Positions 10,798 through 19,907 of a stretch of 64,000 bases of DNA are shown one piece after another. Position 1 is the stretch's first letter, and every line of letters starts with the position of its first letter. This stretch comes from an uncultured virus (IMG/VR IMGVR_UViG_2630968639_000002). Its lineage: Duplodnaviria; Heunggongvirae; Uroviricota; Caudoviricetes. The notes under the pieces were generated by a model, which worked only from the letters and a program-made list of their open reading frames with translations, was not told the origin of the DNA and did not search any database. Location of the stretch: the IMG/VR virus record IMGVR_UViG_2630968639_000002, positions 1 to 64,000 of that record. One strand, given 5' to 3'. The position numbers were made by a program, and so were the translations under genes.

Positions 10798-10828
10798 AAA
10801 AAGCCCAGTTGACTAGGCTGGGCTTTTT
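10798..10828. terminator. bidirectional rho-independent terminator
   Basis: AAAAAGCCCAG-loop-CTGGGCTTTTT. Confidence 0.85.
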
Positions 10829-10881
10829 AAAAGGAAACAGAGTTTGCGGCTCTGTTCCTGAGCCATAAGTATCTGGCGACT
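10798..10881 (-). ncRNA. putative type I antitoxin sRNA (~84 nt)
   Basis: TTGATG(10916-10911)-17-TAATCT(10893-10888) promoter; 5' 20 nt complementary to 11035-11054; internal hairpin; intrinsic terminator. Confidence 0.7.
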
Positions 10882-11128
10882 GAATTAAGATTAACCGAAT
10901 GTACTGGATTCATCAAGAAAGGTTGAGTGGTCATACCAGGTAATAATGACCATTTACTAAACATCGTTGTTCTCAAAGAAGATTTAAGTCCAGGTTTTTG
11001 GTGACTCTAAAACCTTACCTTAACTCGAAATCGTGCCGTAAGTATCTGGCGACTACAGATATTGCAACTGCAAAGGCAAGCCCAAAGGTATTTGCAGCTA
11101 GGCGCGATAAAACTAAGTGAGGCCTGTT

Positions 11129-11212
11129 ATGGTTAACTTACTGTTCAAAATCGTGCCGCCGATGTTCGCGATTATCAAAGCGATCATTGAGTACGTAAAC
11201 CAGCGTCCATAA
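11129..11212 (+). CDS. putative type I toxin peptide MVNLLFKIVPPMFAIIKAIIEYVNQRP (27 aa)
   Basis: GAGG RBS, hydrophobic/amphipathic helix, terminator hairpin at 11226-11254; below the ORF-track size cutoff. Confidence 0.65.
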   Translation: MVNLLFKIVPPMFAIIKAIIEYVNQRP

Positions 11213-11267
11213 CGCTAGTTGCTACAGGCCCCATCAAGAGCATGGGGCCTCTTTATCGTACTATTGC

Positions 11268-11894
11268 TTATTTTTTACGGACTGAGTTGTTCACTGCTCT
11301 GGCAATCTTCTCCCGCAATTGCTGCGTTCCGTGGTACTGAACCGCAATATCTCTCAACTCGTTCACCAGTTCTCGAATCTGGTGATCTTTAAGCTCATTA
11401 TTTGGGTGATTGGTAACAACTCTGGTTAATTCACCCTTGTCTTTTGCTCTTACGTATGCAGCTCTTGTGCATTCGACCCATGTATTACCGCCTACATTAA
11501 CTTCGTAGATTAGGCTGGACTTATCTGTCAATTCGGAACAAATACGGGCCGTGGTCTGGCAACTAGAGCATTCGCAGTTATCGCGGAAACCGTGATCTAC
11601 CGGTCGAGAAAGAGGTTTAACTTTTTCATCCAACTTCATCACAGCATCGTGATAAGCGTTCCAGCCGTCATCTTTACCAAGTTGATAAATCTCTGAAGGC
11701 TCCATGTAGTCTATATCGCAACCTTCTTCATCCGATCTATCTGGTCGCTTCCCTGGTAATCGCTCATAAAAACGATTTCTGTCTCGACGTTCGGCTCTCA
11801 GTGCTAACGCAAGAAGTTGCTCAAGCGAGGTATTTGCACCAGCAATAATTTTATTGAGAATATCTTCTGTGAGATCTTTCGCTACCGTGCTCAT
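11268..11894 (-). CDS. hypothetical phage early-region protein
   Basis: Overlapping start/stop operon structure. Confidence 0.7.
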   Translation of the reverse strand: MSTVAKDLTEDILNKIIAGANTSLEQLLALALRAERRDRNRFYERLPGKRPDRSDEEGCDIDYMEPSEIYQLGKDDGWNAYHDAVMKLDEKVKPLSRPVDHGFRDNCECSSCQTTARICSELTDKSSLIYEVNVGGNTWVECTRAAYVRAKDKGELTRVVTNHPNNELKDHQIRELVNELRDIAVQYHGTQQLREKIARAVNNSVRKK

Positions 11895-12274
11895 TTATCT
11901 CTCTCAGTATGTTGCGATGGCGTAAATTTGACGACATCAAATATTTTGGATGGCATCAACTTTATCCGCGAGCTTAGTTCGGCTCTTCTCTGTAATGCGG
12001 TTAATAATGTTTTCGTTCTGACGCCTTCGTGTATCCTCATCCCTGGCACAAGAACTACATCGCAGGGGAGATGCTCAGGTGACAAATCATTTTGGGCATC
12101 GCTAATCAGTCGTGTAATCTCTCTTTCAAGCCGACCGCCTAGCTCTGTTTTAGTGCAATGTTCTGACCAATCGCCAGCCTCAAGCAGCGCGAGAATGCTT
12201 AAAATATCGTCCAATAGATCAGTGGTATTATCGACTTCCTTCTGAAACTCACCGGCTACTGATTTATGCATCAT
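11891..12274 (-). CDS. hypothetical phage protein
   Basis: Translationally coupled ORF. Confidence 0.7.
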   Translation of the reverse strand: MMHKSVAGEFQKEVDNTTDLLDDILSILALLEAGDWSEHCTKTELGGRLEREITRLISDAQNDLSPEHLPCDVVLVPGMRIHEGVRTKTLLTALQRRAELSSRIKLMPSKIFDVVKFTPSQHTERDK

Positions 12275-12924
12275 TCGTCATCCTCATCCGAGTCATCCTC
12301 ATCACAGGATGAGAGTAGTGGGTTAGTCATTCGCCCTACTTGAGTGGCGTAGCCACGCCGACAGAGATTGCGCAGCACACTGTATATTTCGAACATCTCG
12401 GTTCGTTCATCGCCAACATCAAGCTCAGATGCTATAGCGTGGCATTCAGTCGCGAGAGCCGATATTTTCTGAAATAACTCTGCATTATTCACTGTTCGAC
12501 TCCTGCGGCGTTCTGGTAGTGGCATCCAGTGTGTGACATTGCTAATCAGACCATATTCATTAGTTTGAGGATGGTTGCCGTTAGCGTCTCCGTATTTAAG
12601 ACTCTCCATAAAGCCATAATGCCTATCACCATTAACGCTCACAAAGCCGTAATAAGCAGGTATAACGCCGATCTCACACGTAACCAGTAAAGGAAAACTA
12701 GTTCTCCAATTTAGCTCGCCAATTACAGGCATTCGCTCACTACAGCTTATCCAACCATCCTTAGATGCGGCTGTATTGGCATAGGCCTTACGGTGCTTCT
12801 GTAGCTCTGCTGCAATCGCTCTCACGACTTCAACTGGTGCTCTTGCAGCAAACTCAATGTTGGTGATCAGCTCATTAAGATATTTCTCGCTTGGGTAGCA
12901 TTTCTTATTGTTAACGGTGGTCAT
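12271..12924 (-). CDS. DUF551-domain protein, apparently frameshift-fused to the next gene
   Basis: WISCSERMP...VTHWMPLP motif; internal AGGAG + GTG near 12492. Confidence 0.75.
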   Translation of the reverse strand: MTTVNNKKCYPSEKYLNELITNIEFAARAPVEVVRAIAAELQKHRKAYANTAASKDGWISCSERMPVIGELNWRTSFPLLVTCEIGVIPAYYGFVSVNGDRHYGFMESLKYGDANGNHPQTNEYGLISNVTHWMPLPERRRSRTVNNAELFQKISALATECHAIASELDVGDERTEMFEIYSVLRNLCRRGYATQVGRMTNPLLSSCDEDDSDEDDE

Positions 12925-13109
12925 TAGGCAGCTCTCTCAACAACAAGCAATTCGTCGTAGTCATAATCAGTTTCGGAACCATCCGTACCGAACAGAGTCA
13001 CTTTGTCATTTTCCATCCAAAAAGATTTAACCGCACATTGTTGACCTTTAGATGTTATGAGCACATCACCAGGGATTACGTCTTCAGCGCGAACCTCTAG
13101 TGTTCTCAT
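12924..13109 (-). CDS. small hypothetical phage protein
   Basis: Coupled ORF, 61 aa. Confidence 0.65.
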   Translation of the reverse strand: MRTLEVRAEDVIPGDVLITSKGQQCAVKSFWMENDKVTLFGTDGSETDYDYDELLVVERAA

Positions 13110-13636
13110 CGTGCTGCCCCCTCTTTGGTGAAAATGCCTGCTGCAATGCTGTTTATGATGCTGTCAGTGCATGGAGTAGAAAGCTGGGCATCTCCAGCAA
13201 TTTTCATGACCTCAACATCCGCATATCGAATACCGAGGTGTATCAGACCGGCTATACCTGACTTAAGTCGAACATTTTCCATAAACAGATCTTTTTCCCG
13301 CTGTTTAGCGCCTTCCAACTCCATCGACAATTTTTCCAACTGCTCTTTATGCTTCTTGTATTCCTGATACGCGTGCCAAGACTGACCTTTGCGCACACTA
13401 TCAGTGATATCAGCAACCTGCTCTGGTGTTAGCGTGGTCAGTGGCTGTGCTGGAAAAATCATCACTTGCCCGGCATCCCAATCAAAACCCGCCTGAATTG
13501 ACTGAACCTCAACTGATGGTGTTGAACCGATGCGACCAGGCGAATGAACAACGATCGTTACATCCATATCGCGACGATGGCTGTGGTTGTTGGACAAAAT
13601 ACGATTCACCAACTCAGAAAATTTGGAAAATTTCAT
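13106..13636 (-). CDS. hypothetical phage early protein (MKFSKF...)
   Basis: GAGG RBS, ATGA overlap. Confidence 0.7.
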   Translation of the reverse strand: MKFSKFSELVNRILSNNHSHRRDMDVTIVVHSPGRIGSTPSVEVQSIQAGFDWDAGQVMIFPAQPLTTLTPEQVADITDSVRKGQSWHAYQEYKKHKEQLEKLSMELEGAKQREKDLFMENVRLKSGIAGLIHLGIRYADVEVMKIAGDAQLSTPCTDSIINSIAAGIFTKEGAAR

Positions 13637-13956
13637 GCTGATCCCTCTTTCTCTCCCCGGATAATTCTGTTGCACACATCCACACACTCGTCGCAGATGA
13701 AAACGGCGTCCCCAGCAATTAACTTTTTGACGGCGTACTGGGATTTGTTGCAGAAGCTGCAACAAAGTGTTCGCCTGACTGATAAGGATGGAGCGCCAGA
13801 TGTCAGCCGCTCCATATCGTTCTTGCGACGCAATATCACACGGCTGAACTCAACCAGTTTCTCCGGGGATATATCCTCCTCCGTAGCAAGCGCCTCTAAT
13901 CGTTCGAGTATGTGGAAGGCTTTTTCCTGGGTAATTGCAGAATGCGATGTGGTCAT
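13633..13956 (-). CDS. ClpX-type C4 zinc-finger domain protein
   Basis: [26 protein letters not shown]. Confidence 0.85.
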   Translation of the reverse strand: MTTSHSAITQEKAFHILERLEALATEEDISPEKLVEFSRVILRRKNDMERLTSGAPSLSVRRTLCCSFCNKSQYAVKKLIAGDAVFICDECVDVCNRIIRGEKEGSA

Positions 13957-13957
13957 C

Positions 13958-14560
13958 TCACTCTCCTTTGATGCGAATGCCAGCGGCGCGGGAATCATTC
14001 CATCGCTTTACTTCTTCACGAATTACGTCAATGCATTCTTTCGAATCCATTAGGTAATCTTCATCAAAAAGACGTTCCTGTTCGTTTTCTATCGCAACAA
14101 TGATTGCTTCAACTAACTTTTGTGCCTGAGAATCACTTTCTAACTCTGCTATGCGCTTACTCCCATCCGAGATAACACCTTCGTAATATTCACGCTGTTC
14201 GTTGAGTTTTGATTTTGTCTCCTCAAGCTCAACACGCAGCTTCTCAAGCGTTAGGACCATCTCTACGTTCTCCTGCTCAAGACGTCGGATGTGTTGCTGT
14301 CTTTTATCCAGTTCGTCCAGCAGTGCAATCACATCGGGATCACTAGCATCAACTACTGTTACGCGTGATTTTTCATAATGTTCGTCTGCAAAAGTACGCC
14401 CTATCTTAAAATATCCGTCATCACCCTCACCGGAACAGGCATAAACAACATGTGCTCCAGATATGCGCTGTATTGACATTTCCTCGCCACAAACAGAGCA
14501 TTTAGGCGCTGGTTTTGGTGAATAACGTTCACGTAACGTCAGGTAGTAAATCTCATTCAC
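13958..14560 (-). CDS. Ead/Ea22-like protein
   Basis: [11 protein letters not shown] and C-terminal [10 protein letters not shown] motifs. Confidence 0.75.
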   Translation of the reverse strand: MNEIYYLTLRERYSPKPAPKCSVCGEEMSIQRISGAHVVYACSGEGDDGYFKIGRTFADEHYEKSRVTVVDASDPDVIALLDELDKRQQHIRRLEQENVEMVLTLEKLRVELEETKSKLNEQREYYEGVISDGSKRIAELESDSQAQKLVEAIIVAIENEQERLFDEDYLMDSKECIDVIREEVKRWNDSRAAGIRIKGE

Positions 14561-15012
14561 TGTTTATTTCCTTTGCGAAGCTCAGCGGCGAAGGCTACTG
14601 CGTGATCATGATGTTCAAGTGTGTATGCGCACTCAGCAAACATCTCCACGCCCTGCGCACGTACTTCAGCCAGAAAAGCATCGGTGGCTGGAGTCTCCGT
14701 TAATTCGCTAACCCAATTATCTCCGTGTTCCTCGGCACACATCGCATCGAATGCTCGCTCAGATTCTTTCAGGGCTGCATTCTCCGCCGCTAATGCGTCT
14801 CTTTGCGCCCGCAACTTCTCAATTTCGGCAGCCATGTAGTAACCAACCATAGCGAAGACGGCAAAAGAGTTGTCTGCCTCATCAGGCGACACTGAGGCCA
14901 TTAGCAGGCCATCGTAAAAATCGTGACTCCCATTGGTGATCGCCACCGCATAGGAGTCGTGGTTCTCGCGCTTGTGAATGAGAACTACGGGATTTTCGAT
15001 TTTGTTACTCAT
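14557..15012 (-). CDS. lambdoid/P22 early-region (Ea-type) protein
   Basis: LAAENAALK...TPATDAFLAEVRAQGVEMFA motif. Confidence 0.75.
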   Translation of the reverse strand: MSNKIENPVVLIHKRENHDSYAVAITNGSHDFYDGLLMASVSPDEADNSFAVFAMVGYYMAAEIEKLRAQRDALAAENAALKESERAFDAMCAEEHGDNWVSELTETPATDAFLAEVRAQGVEMFAECAYTLEHHDHAVAFAAELRKGNKQ

Positions 15013-15150
15013 GTGTTTTTCTCTTCTTTGCTGTTACATAAGCACTACCAAGTGCTGGTTTATTTTCACAAATAAGAAAAGGTAGAAAACAATTTATTTA
15101 AGGCCATAAGTTATGGCCTTTATTTATTCATGCAGAAGGATTTGTAGCGC

Positions 15151-15531
15151 CTAATTGCCGGATAAAATGGGTTGAGGTGCTTGCCAGTAAGCTCCACCGT
15201 CCCATGTGAACCCCATGCGAATAAGAGTGTTTATTGCGGCTTTGGTAGACTCTGATTCGACACTGACTTTTCGAAACTCTTGAACCTCTTTCGCCAACCT
15301 GTATGTAATTGTGCAGGGGACGATTGCAGCCCAGCCTTTCTCATGACTGTTAATGACCATCTGGATGTGACCATCCAGAATAGGTTGATTAGGCATGTTA
15401 TTGAAAATGTCTGCCTGTTTTTGAATGTGAAGAAAAAGCCTTGCCAGTGCCATTTGCTCACTACGAGACAAGGGATTATCAAGAGGACTTTTTGCAAAAG
15501 CGGCTATACGCTGTGCATCAATGCCAAACAT
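15151..15531 (-). CDS. hypothetical protein
   Basis: Coupled ORF, GAGG RBS. Confidence 0.7.
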   Translation of the reverse strand: MFGIDAQRIAAFAKSPLDNPLSRSEQMALARLFLHIQKQADIFNNMPNQPILDGHIQMVINSHEKGWAAIVPCTITYRLAKEVQEFRKVSVESESTKAAINTLIRMGFTWDGGAYWQAPQPILSGN

Positions 15532-16235
15532 CAGCGCACCTCACCATCTTTATGGCTGGAGTTAACTTCCGCCATTAAATGTCTGACGTAATCGACAAGA
15601 GAGCCACCTGGTGGAATCTGGCATTCCTCAACTAACTGGAAGTAGATATCCGCTGCATTACGTGTATTACTACCCTCGCATATTCTTTCTTCCCGAAGTG
15701 CATGAAGCTCGCTGATCAAACGGTCACACTCTCCGTTACGCTGATCCACAACGGCCTCAAGCTCTGCGACGCGTTCACCTGGCGTCTTACCTTCTTTGCG
15801 TTGGATGGTAACGACGAAATCGCCAATTGCAGGGACGTTGTAATCCAGCTCAAGGTAGTTTTTGGCACCGCTGCGGACGAACTCACCCGCGAACATGGTG
15901 GCGAACATCGCAGAGGCCACTTCGCCGTTGAAAAGTGACTCCAGATCTAACGGAGTCCCGGCAGCAAGAGCCTCTTTTGCTGTATCCATTGCATCCATGA
16001 ACCGATCAAACTCACTAGCGCGCTTTTCCAGGTCTTTCCATTGCTCGCTCCAACGTTTGGCAACGAAGTCTATGAATGTTTTCGCGGATTCATCAAAATT
16101 CCCCTCAAACTTAACGATGCCTTTATCAATAATGATCTGGCCTACCGCATCCTCTGCATAACCTTTCAATGTAAACTTGAAAGGAAAATCAGAATGGCCT
16201 GTGACGTTAAAATGCTCTAACTGGAGGTTGTTCAT
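15531..16235 (-). CDS. hypothetical protein
   Basis: 234-aa ORF with conserved AAAAACACATG start context. Confidence 0.7.
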   Translation of the reverse strand: MNNLQLEHFNVTGHSDFPFKFTLKGYAEDAVGQIIIDKGIVKFEGNFDESAKTFIDFVAKRWSEQWKDLEKRASEFDRFMDAMDTAKEALAAGTPLDLESLFNGEVASAMFATMFAGEFVRSGAKNYLELDYNVPAIGDFVVTIQRKEGKTPGERVAELEAVVDQRNGECDRLISELHALREERICEGSNTRNAADIYFQLVEECQIPPGGSLVDYVRHLMAEVNSSHKDGEVR

Positions 16236-16296
16236 GTGTTTTTCTCTTATCGTTTAGTTACTACATTCTTACACAAATTAAGTAAGCATTTACCTA

Positions 16297-17982
16297 TCAT
16301 TTAACGCGTTTGAAAACGTATACGCTGACTGTGATCCCGGTATCTTCAAACTCGTTGGTAAACGACTTCCCTTTGGCATAAACGTAATTATCCATCGTCA
16401 TCCAGTCCAGTATTGGCGCAGTGCCCGGCAATACTGCTACAAGACGCCCGCCGACTTTCAGATGCCCCAGCGCAGCCAGCGTGTGCTCTCTATGACGACC
16501 AAGCGAGTACGGCGGGTTCATAACGATTTTGTCGAACTGATAACCTGCGTTGTCCTCAGACCACTTTATGAAGTCGCAGCAAATCGTGTTCGTATACCCT
16601 TTTCCACGCAGGATATCAGCGAAGAGAGGTGCGATTTCTATGCAGGTAACATCTTCCAGATCGGCGTTGATATAGGCCAGAAGATCCCCACGTCCGGCTT
16701 GAGGCTCCAGCAGCTTCTCACCAGACTTCAATTCAGTGGCTCTGGCAACGTACTCAGCAATCAAGCGTGGGGTAGGGTAGAACTGGTGTGATTTTGTATC
16801 CGGTATTAATCCGGTAGCCACAATCGTATTTAGCGTATGGCCGATCTCATACGGGAACTGCCAGTGTTTTTTCTCCTGCACGCCGCCAATGAAGCTCAGT
16901 GTGCGCTCAAGCTCTTCCACCTGCGACTTCTGGAGAGCTGAATCAGAGAAGTACCATACGCCTTTGTCTTTGCTCAATCGCCCGTCACGAAGCGCAGTGC
17001 GAACCGGCACGGAGATCGTCTTCTGGATTAACCCGAACTGCTTTGGTGCCCGTGTTTTTGGCGCGGTGCGACATGGCGCGGGGATTGCAGCAGGCATACT
17101 GTAAGCCAGCACCTCATTCAACTTCCAGGCCACGTCAGGATGTATTTCAAAGTGAACGTTGCCGTTCTTGAACATCTTCACGCGCATTAGATTTCCATCG
17201 ACGTTCATCCAGTCACCGGTCTGGCAGTCGTTTGCCCGATACGCAGCTGATAGCACCTCAGCAGTGCGGTTGATGGTAATAAATTCTTTGTGCGCGAAGA
17301 AATGAAGCAAGACACGCAGATCGTCGATATAGTCCTCTTTGCGATAGTTCACACTAACGCTGTCCCGCCAGAAATCAGAAATGCAGTCAGCGATTATCAG
17401 ACGTTCGCTGAAACCGTTTGTCTTATTTGTCTTGTGCGCAGGACTCAGCGCCTTAAACAAGCCATACACGCGCTCAGAGAGATATTTGTGCCTGTCATTC
17501 AGCAAATTAAGCATCGTGGGTATGACCGTTTCTGCTTTGAACTCCGGTACACCAACGAACTCTTTAACCTTCATCTGGTAGCCGGTTCTGTCAGTTTTGA
17601 TGACTTCCTGTTTGCCCTCTATAAACTGCTCGCGCCACTCATCTCGACGGGAAGCTGGCATGATCAGCAAAACGTTAGTCATGTCCGTGACCTTCCTCCA
17701 GTACTCGGCCCAAATATTCTGTTTCACCCATTCCAGATCGACTTTATCCAACCAACCTCGATTTAAACGCGAGCGATCTTCATCTGGTCGATGGTTTAGT
17801 CTCAGCAGGCGATTAATCATGTTGTGGCGTTCGTCGCCATAAACGAAGTCGTGTACCTGATACATGAAGGCGATCTCTTTCTCGCACTCGGCCACAATTT
17901 CGTGGATGACGTTCATTTCCTGCCGATAGTCGATAGCAGTGTTTGAGTTGGCATCGTCGATGATGGAAAGGGCTGTATTCAT
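16297..17982 (-). CDS. DUF4942-type protein with C-terminal N6-adenine methyltransferase domain
   Basis: QFYPTP, LEPQAGRG (SAM-binding) and MNPPY motifs; FKNGNVH motif. Confidence 0.85.
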   Translation of the reverse strand: MNTALSIIDDANSNTAIDYRQEMNVIHEIVAECEKEIAFMYQVHDFVYGDERHNMINRLLRLNHRPDEDRSRLNRGWLDKVDLEWVKQNIWAEYWRKVTDMTNVLLIMPASRRDEWREQFIEGKQEVIKTDRTGYQMKVKEFVGVPEFKAETVIPTMLNLLNDRHKYLSERVYGLFKALSPAHKTNKTNGFSERLIIADCISDFWRDSVSVNYRKEDYIDDLRVLLHFFAHKEFITINRTAEVLSAAYRANDCQTGDWMNVDGNLMRVKMFKNGNVHFEIHPDVAWKLNEVLAYSMPAAIPAPCRTAPKTRAPKQFGLIQKTISVPVRTALRDGRLSKDKGVWYFSDSALQKSQVEELERTLSFIGGVQEKKHWQFPYEIGHTLNTIVATGLIPDTKSHQFYPTPRLIAEYVARATELKSGEKLLEPQAGRGDLLAYINADLEDVTCIEIAPLFADILRGKGYTNTICCDFIKWSEDNAGYQFDKIVMNPPYSLGRHREHTLAALGHLKVGGRLVAVLPGTAPILDWMTMDNYVYAKGKSFTNEFEDTGITVSVYVFKRVK

Positions 17983-18085
17983 AATTGCACCATTAAGAAG
18001 TGATTTGTTTAATGGTGCAATTATTTCAAAAATGAAAAGGTACTAAATAGAAATAAACAGGCAATCCTTCAAATAAAGGCATTGG

Positions 18086-18700
18086 CTAATCATACTTGGA
18101 GGTATTTATCACCAGAATTTTGTTTGTATAAATCTTCTTAATATCCCATGTGACATTACCGGAATACCATTGACCGTTATATACTTGGTTTCCAGTTGCA
18201 CCTGTCATTGTTACATAGACAGGTCTGTCGTAATCGGTTCGTCTATAGTTATATACCCCAACCATAGCAGGCATTACCGCACATGGATACCCCATATCTA
18301 TTGTAAATTGAGGGTCAGAAATAGTGATAAGTTTCGCATCAAGGGGCATCATCTCACCGTGATACACCATTGCGCCTGCGCTGTTATACATGGCAATGCC
18401 ATAGCCAGAATGTGGTAACACCATATCAGAAAAAGCATAAACTGTTATTGTTCCGGGGCTACCATTTACCTGATGCAATCTGAGAGCATTGTATCCGTTA
18501 CTATGCTCATGAATAAACATCATGTTCGCCTTATTACTGCTTTTTATGAAGAAAAAGCATGATTTGTTTGATGGGATTGATGTTTGAAAAACAGAACCTT
18601 TAGATGTAGACATTGTCCCTTTATTAATCAGATTTTGCGGAGTAAATTCTGGACTCATCCACAAACTTCCATCTGATTGAGTAATTGACATCCCGAACAT
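18086..18700 (-). CDS. tail-tip-associated-like protein (DUF6453-like)
   Basis: Repeated YG-x-x-x-Y-N motifs typical of genes following central tail fibre J; from recall. Confidence 0.55.
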   Translation of the reverse strand: MFGMSITQSDGSLWMSPEFTPQNLINKGTMSTSKGSVFQTSIPSNKSCFFFIKSSNKANMMFIHEHSNGYNALRLHQVNGSPGTITVYAFSDMVLPHSGYGIAMYNSAGAMVYHGEMMPLDAKLITISDPQFTIDMGYPCAVMPAMVGVYNYRRTDYDRPVYVTMTGATGNQVYNGQWYSGNVTWDIKKIYTNKILVINTSKYD

Positions 18701-18702
18701 AA

Positions 18703-18984
18703 TTATCCCCAGTATGTGTATATGTAAGAACCAAGCCCCGTATATAAATTTGACCAACTAACCGTATTTCCATTAATAGTAACTGTTGGAACAGGTAAAT
18801 TAATGTAGTTGTCGTTGTTAAGAGGCATCAATGACCACACGGCATGTAGCGATTTACCCGGTGGCGGATTGGAGTACGTCTTAGAGCCTGATGACGCAGT
18901 AAATCGATCAAGAAAAAAAATAGGAGTAAGGAAGCCAGTAACGTTAATTCCTTTATTGTTGTAAATCCCTGTACCGTATGCCAT
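18703..18984 (-). CDS. small tail-tip-associated-like protein (MAYG...)
   Basis: MAYG start and TINGNTVSW motif; coupled to the previous gene. Confidence 0.55.
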   Translation of the reverse strand: MAYGTGIYNNKGINVTGFLTPIFFLDRFTASSGSKTYSNPPPGKSLHAVWSLMPLNNDNYINLPVPTVTINGNTVSWSNLYTGLGSYIYTYWG

Positions 18985-19039
18985 TTTTCATCCTTGTTTT
19001 TTATCAACACAATATGGCCGATCATGCGGCCATATCAGA

Positions 19040-19609
19040 TCAATTAGAGCTTTGAAAGGCTTTGTGTGGCTGTGTTGCGAGGTTATGTCGATGGCTTAAC
19101 TCACGCATCATGTCTTCAAGCCGACTCTTTGTGTCGTCGAGTTGGTCGGCCATTGCTCCCAAAAGCTGACGAACGGCCATCGGATCATCGCTGTTTAGTG
19201 ATGGCATTTTATAACCCGCCTGAGAAGACATAAGATTGAACGCAGACATCAACATCGTTAGAGAGGATTTAAGCCCAGCAATTTCACGATCTTTGCTGGC
19301 AATAATCGCCTCACTCTTGTTAGTGTCATCAGTTCGTTGAGTCTCGCTCACCATATCCAAAGTCGCCTGCAACTTATCAGCGCGCTCTTTTTCAGCAAGA
19401 TAATGAACACCGAAATGATGTGCTAAAGCTACAACCTGAGTTGGCTCTTCAAAGGTGGACTCAAAATTAAGTGCTGTAACCACTCTCTCAAATATGGAAA
19501 CGTCTTCTATTCCTCGAAGAATGGCTAACATTTTGACCAGTTCATTAGCATCCATTTCTTCGAATAAGGCGTTTTGTTCATCAGCTATCGCTTTGCATTT
19601 CTTGCACAT
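19040..19609 (-). CDS. coiled-coil hypothetical protein
   Basis: AGGA RBS and operator upstream. Confidence 0.7.
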   Translation of the reverse strand: MCKKCKAIADEQNALFEEMDANELVKMLAILRGIEDVSIFERVVTALNFESTFEEPTQVVALAHHFGVHYLAEKERADKLQATLDMVSETQRTDDTNKSEAIIASKDREIAGLKSSLTMLMSAFNLMSSQAGYKMPSLNSDDPMAVRQLLGAMADQLDDTKSRLEDMMRELSHRHNLATQPHKAFQSSN

Positions 19610-19748
19610 GTGTTTTTCCTAATGCTTAAACAAGTTGTTTTCTTATTGGCTTTATTGTGATGTGACATAAAAGGGGAGCAAGCTAAACGTAAAGGTGCAA
19701 ACTCTCTATTTCGGTCAACGAAACACAAGGGCCATTTGGCCCTTGTCA

Positions 19749-19907
19749 TTAACACGTTGCTTTACGGACTAGCGGATAAGCGAAGTAGATCGCCAGACCA
19801 ATGAGGACGCCATCAGAAATGACAGACATCATCTTTCCCGTAAAATCCACCAACACCGCCATCACCAGAAGAGCAATGACGGTCACAAGCCGGAATCTCT
19901 CAAGCAT
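19749..19907 (-). CDS. small two-helix membrane protein (DUF3927-like, 52 aa)
   Basis: Manually read MLERFRLVTVIALLVMAVLVDFTGKMMSVISDGVL..., coupled to the terB-like gene. Confidence 0.65.
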   Translation of the reverse strand: MLERFRLVTVIALLVMAVLVDFTGKMMSVISDGVLIGLAIYFAYPLVRKATC

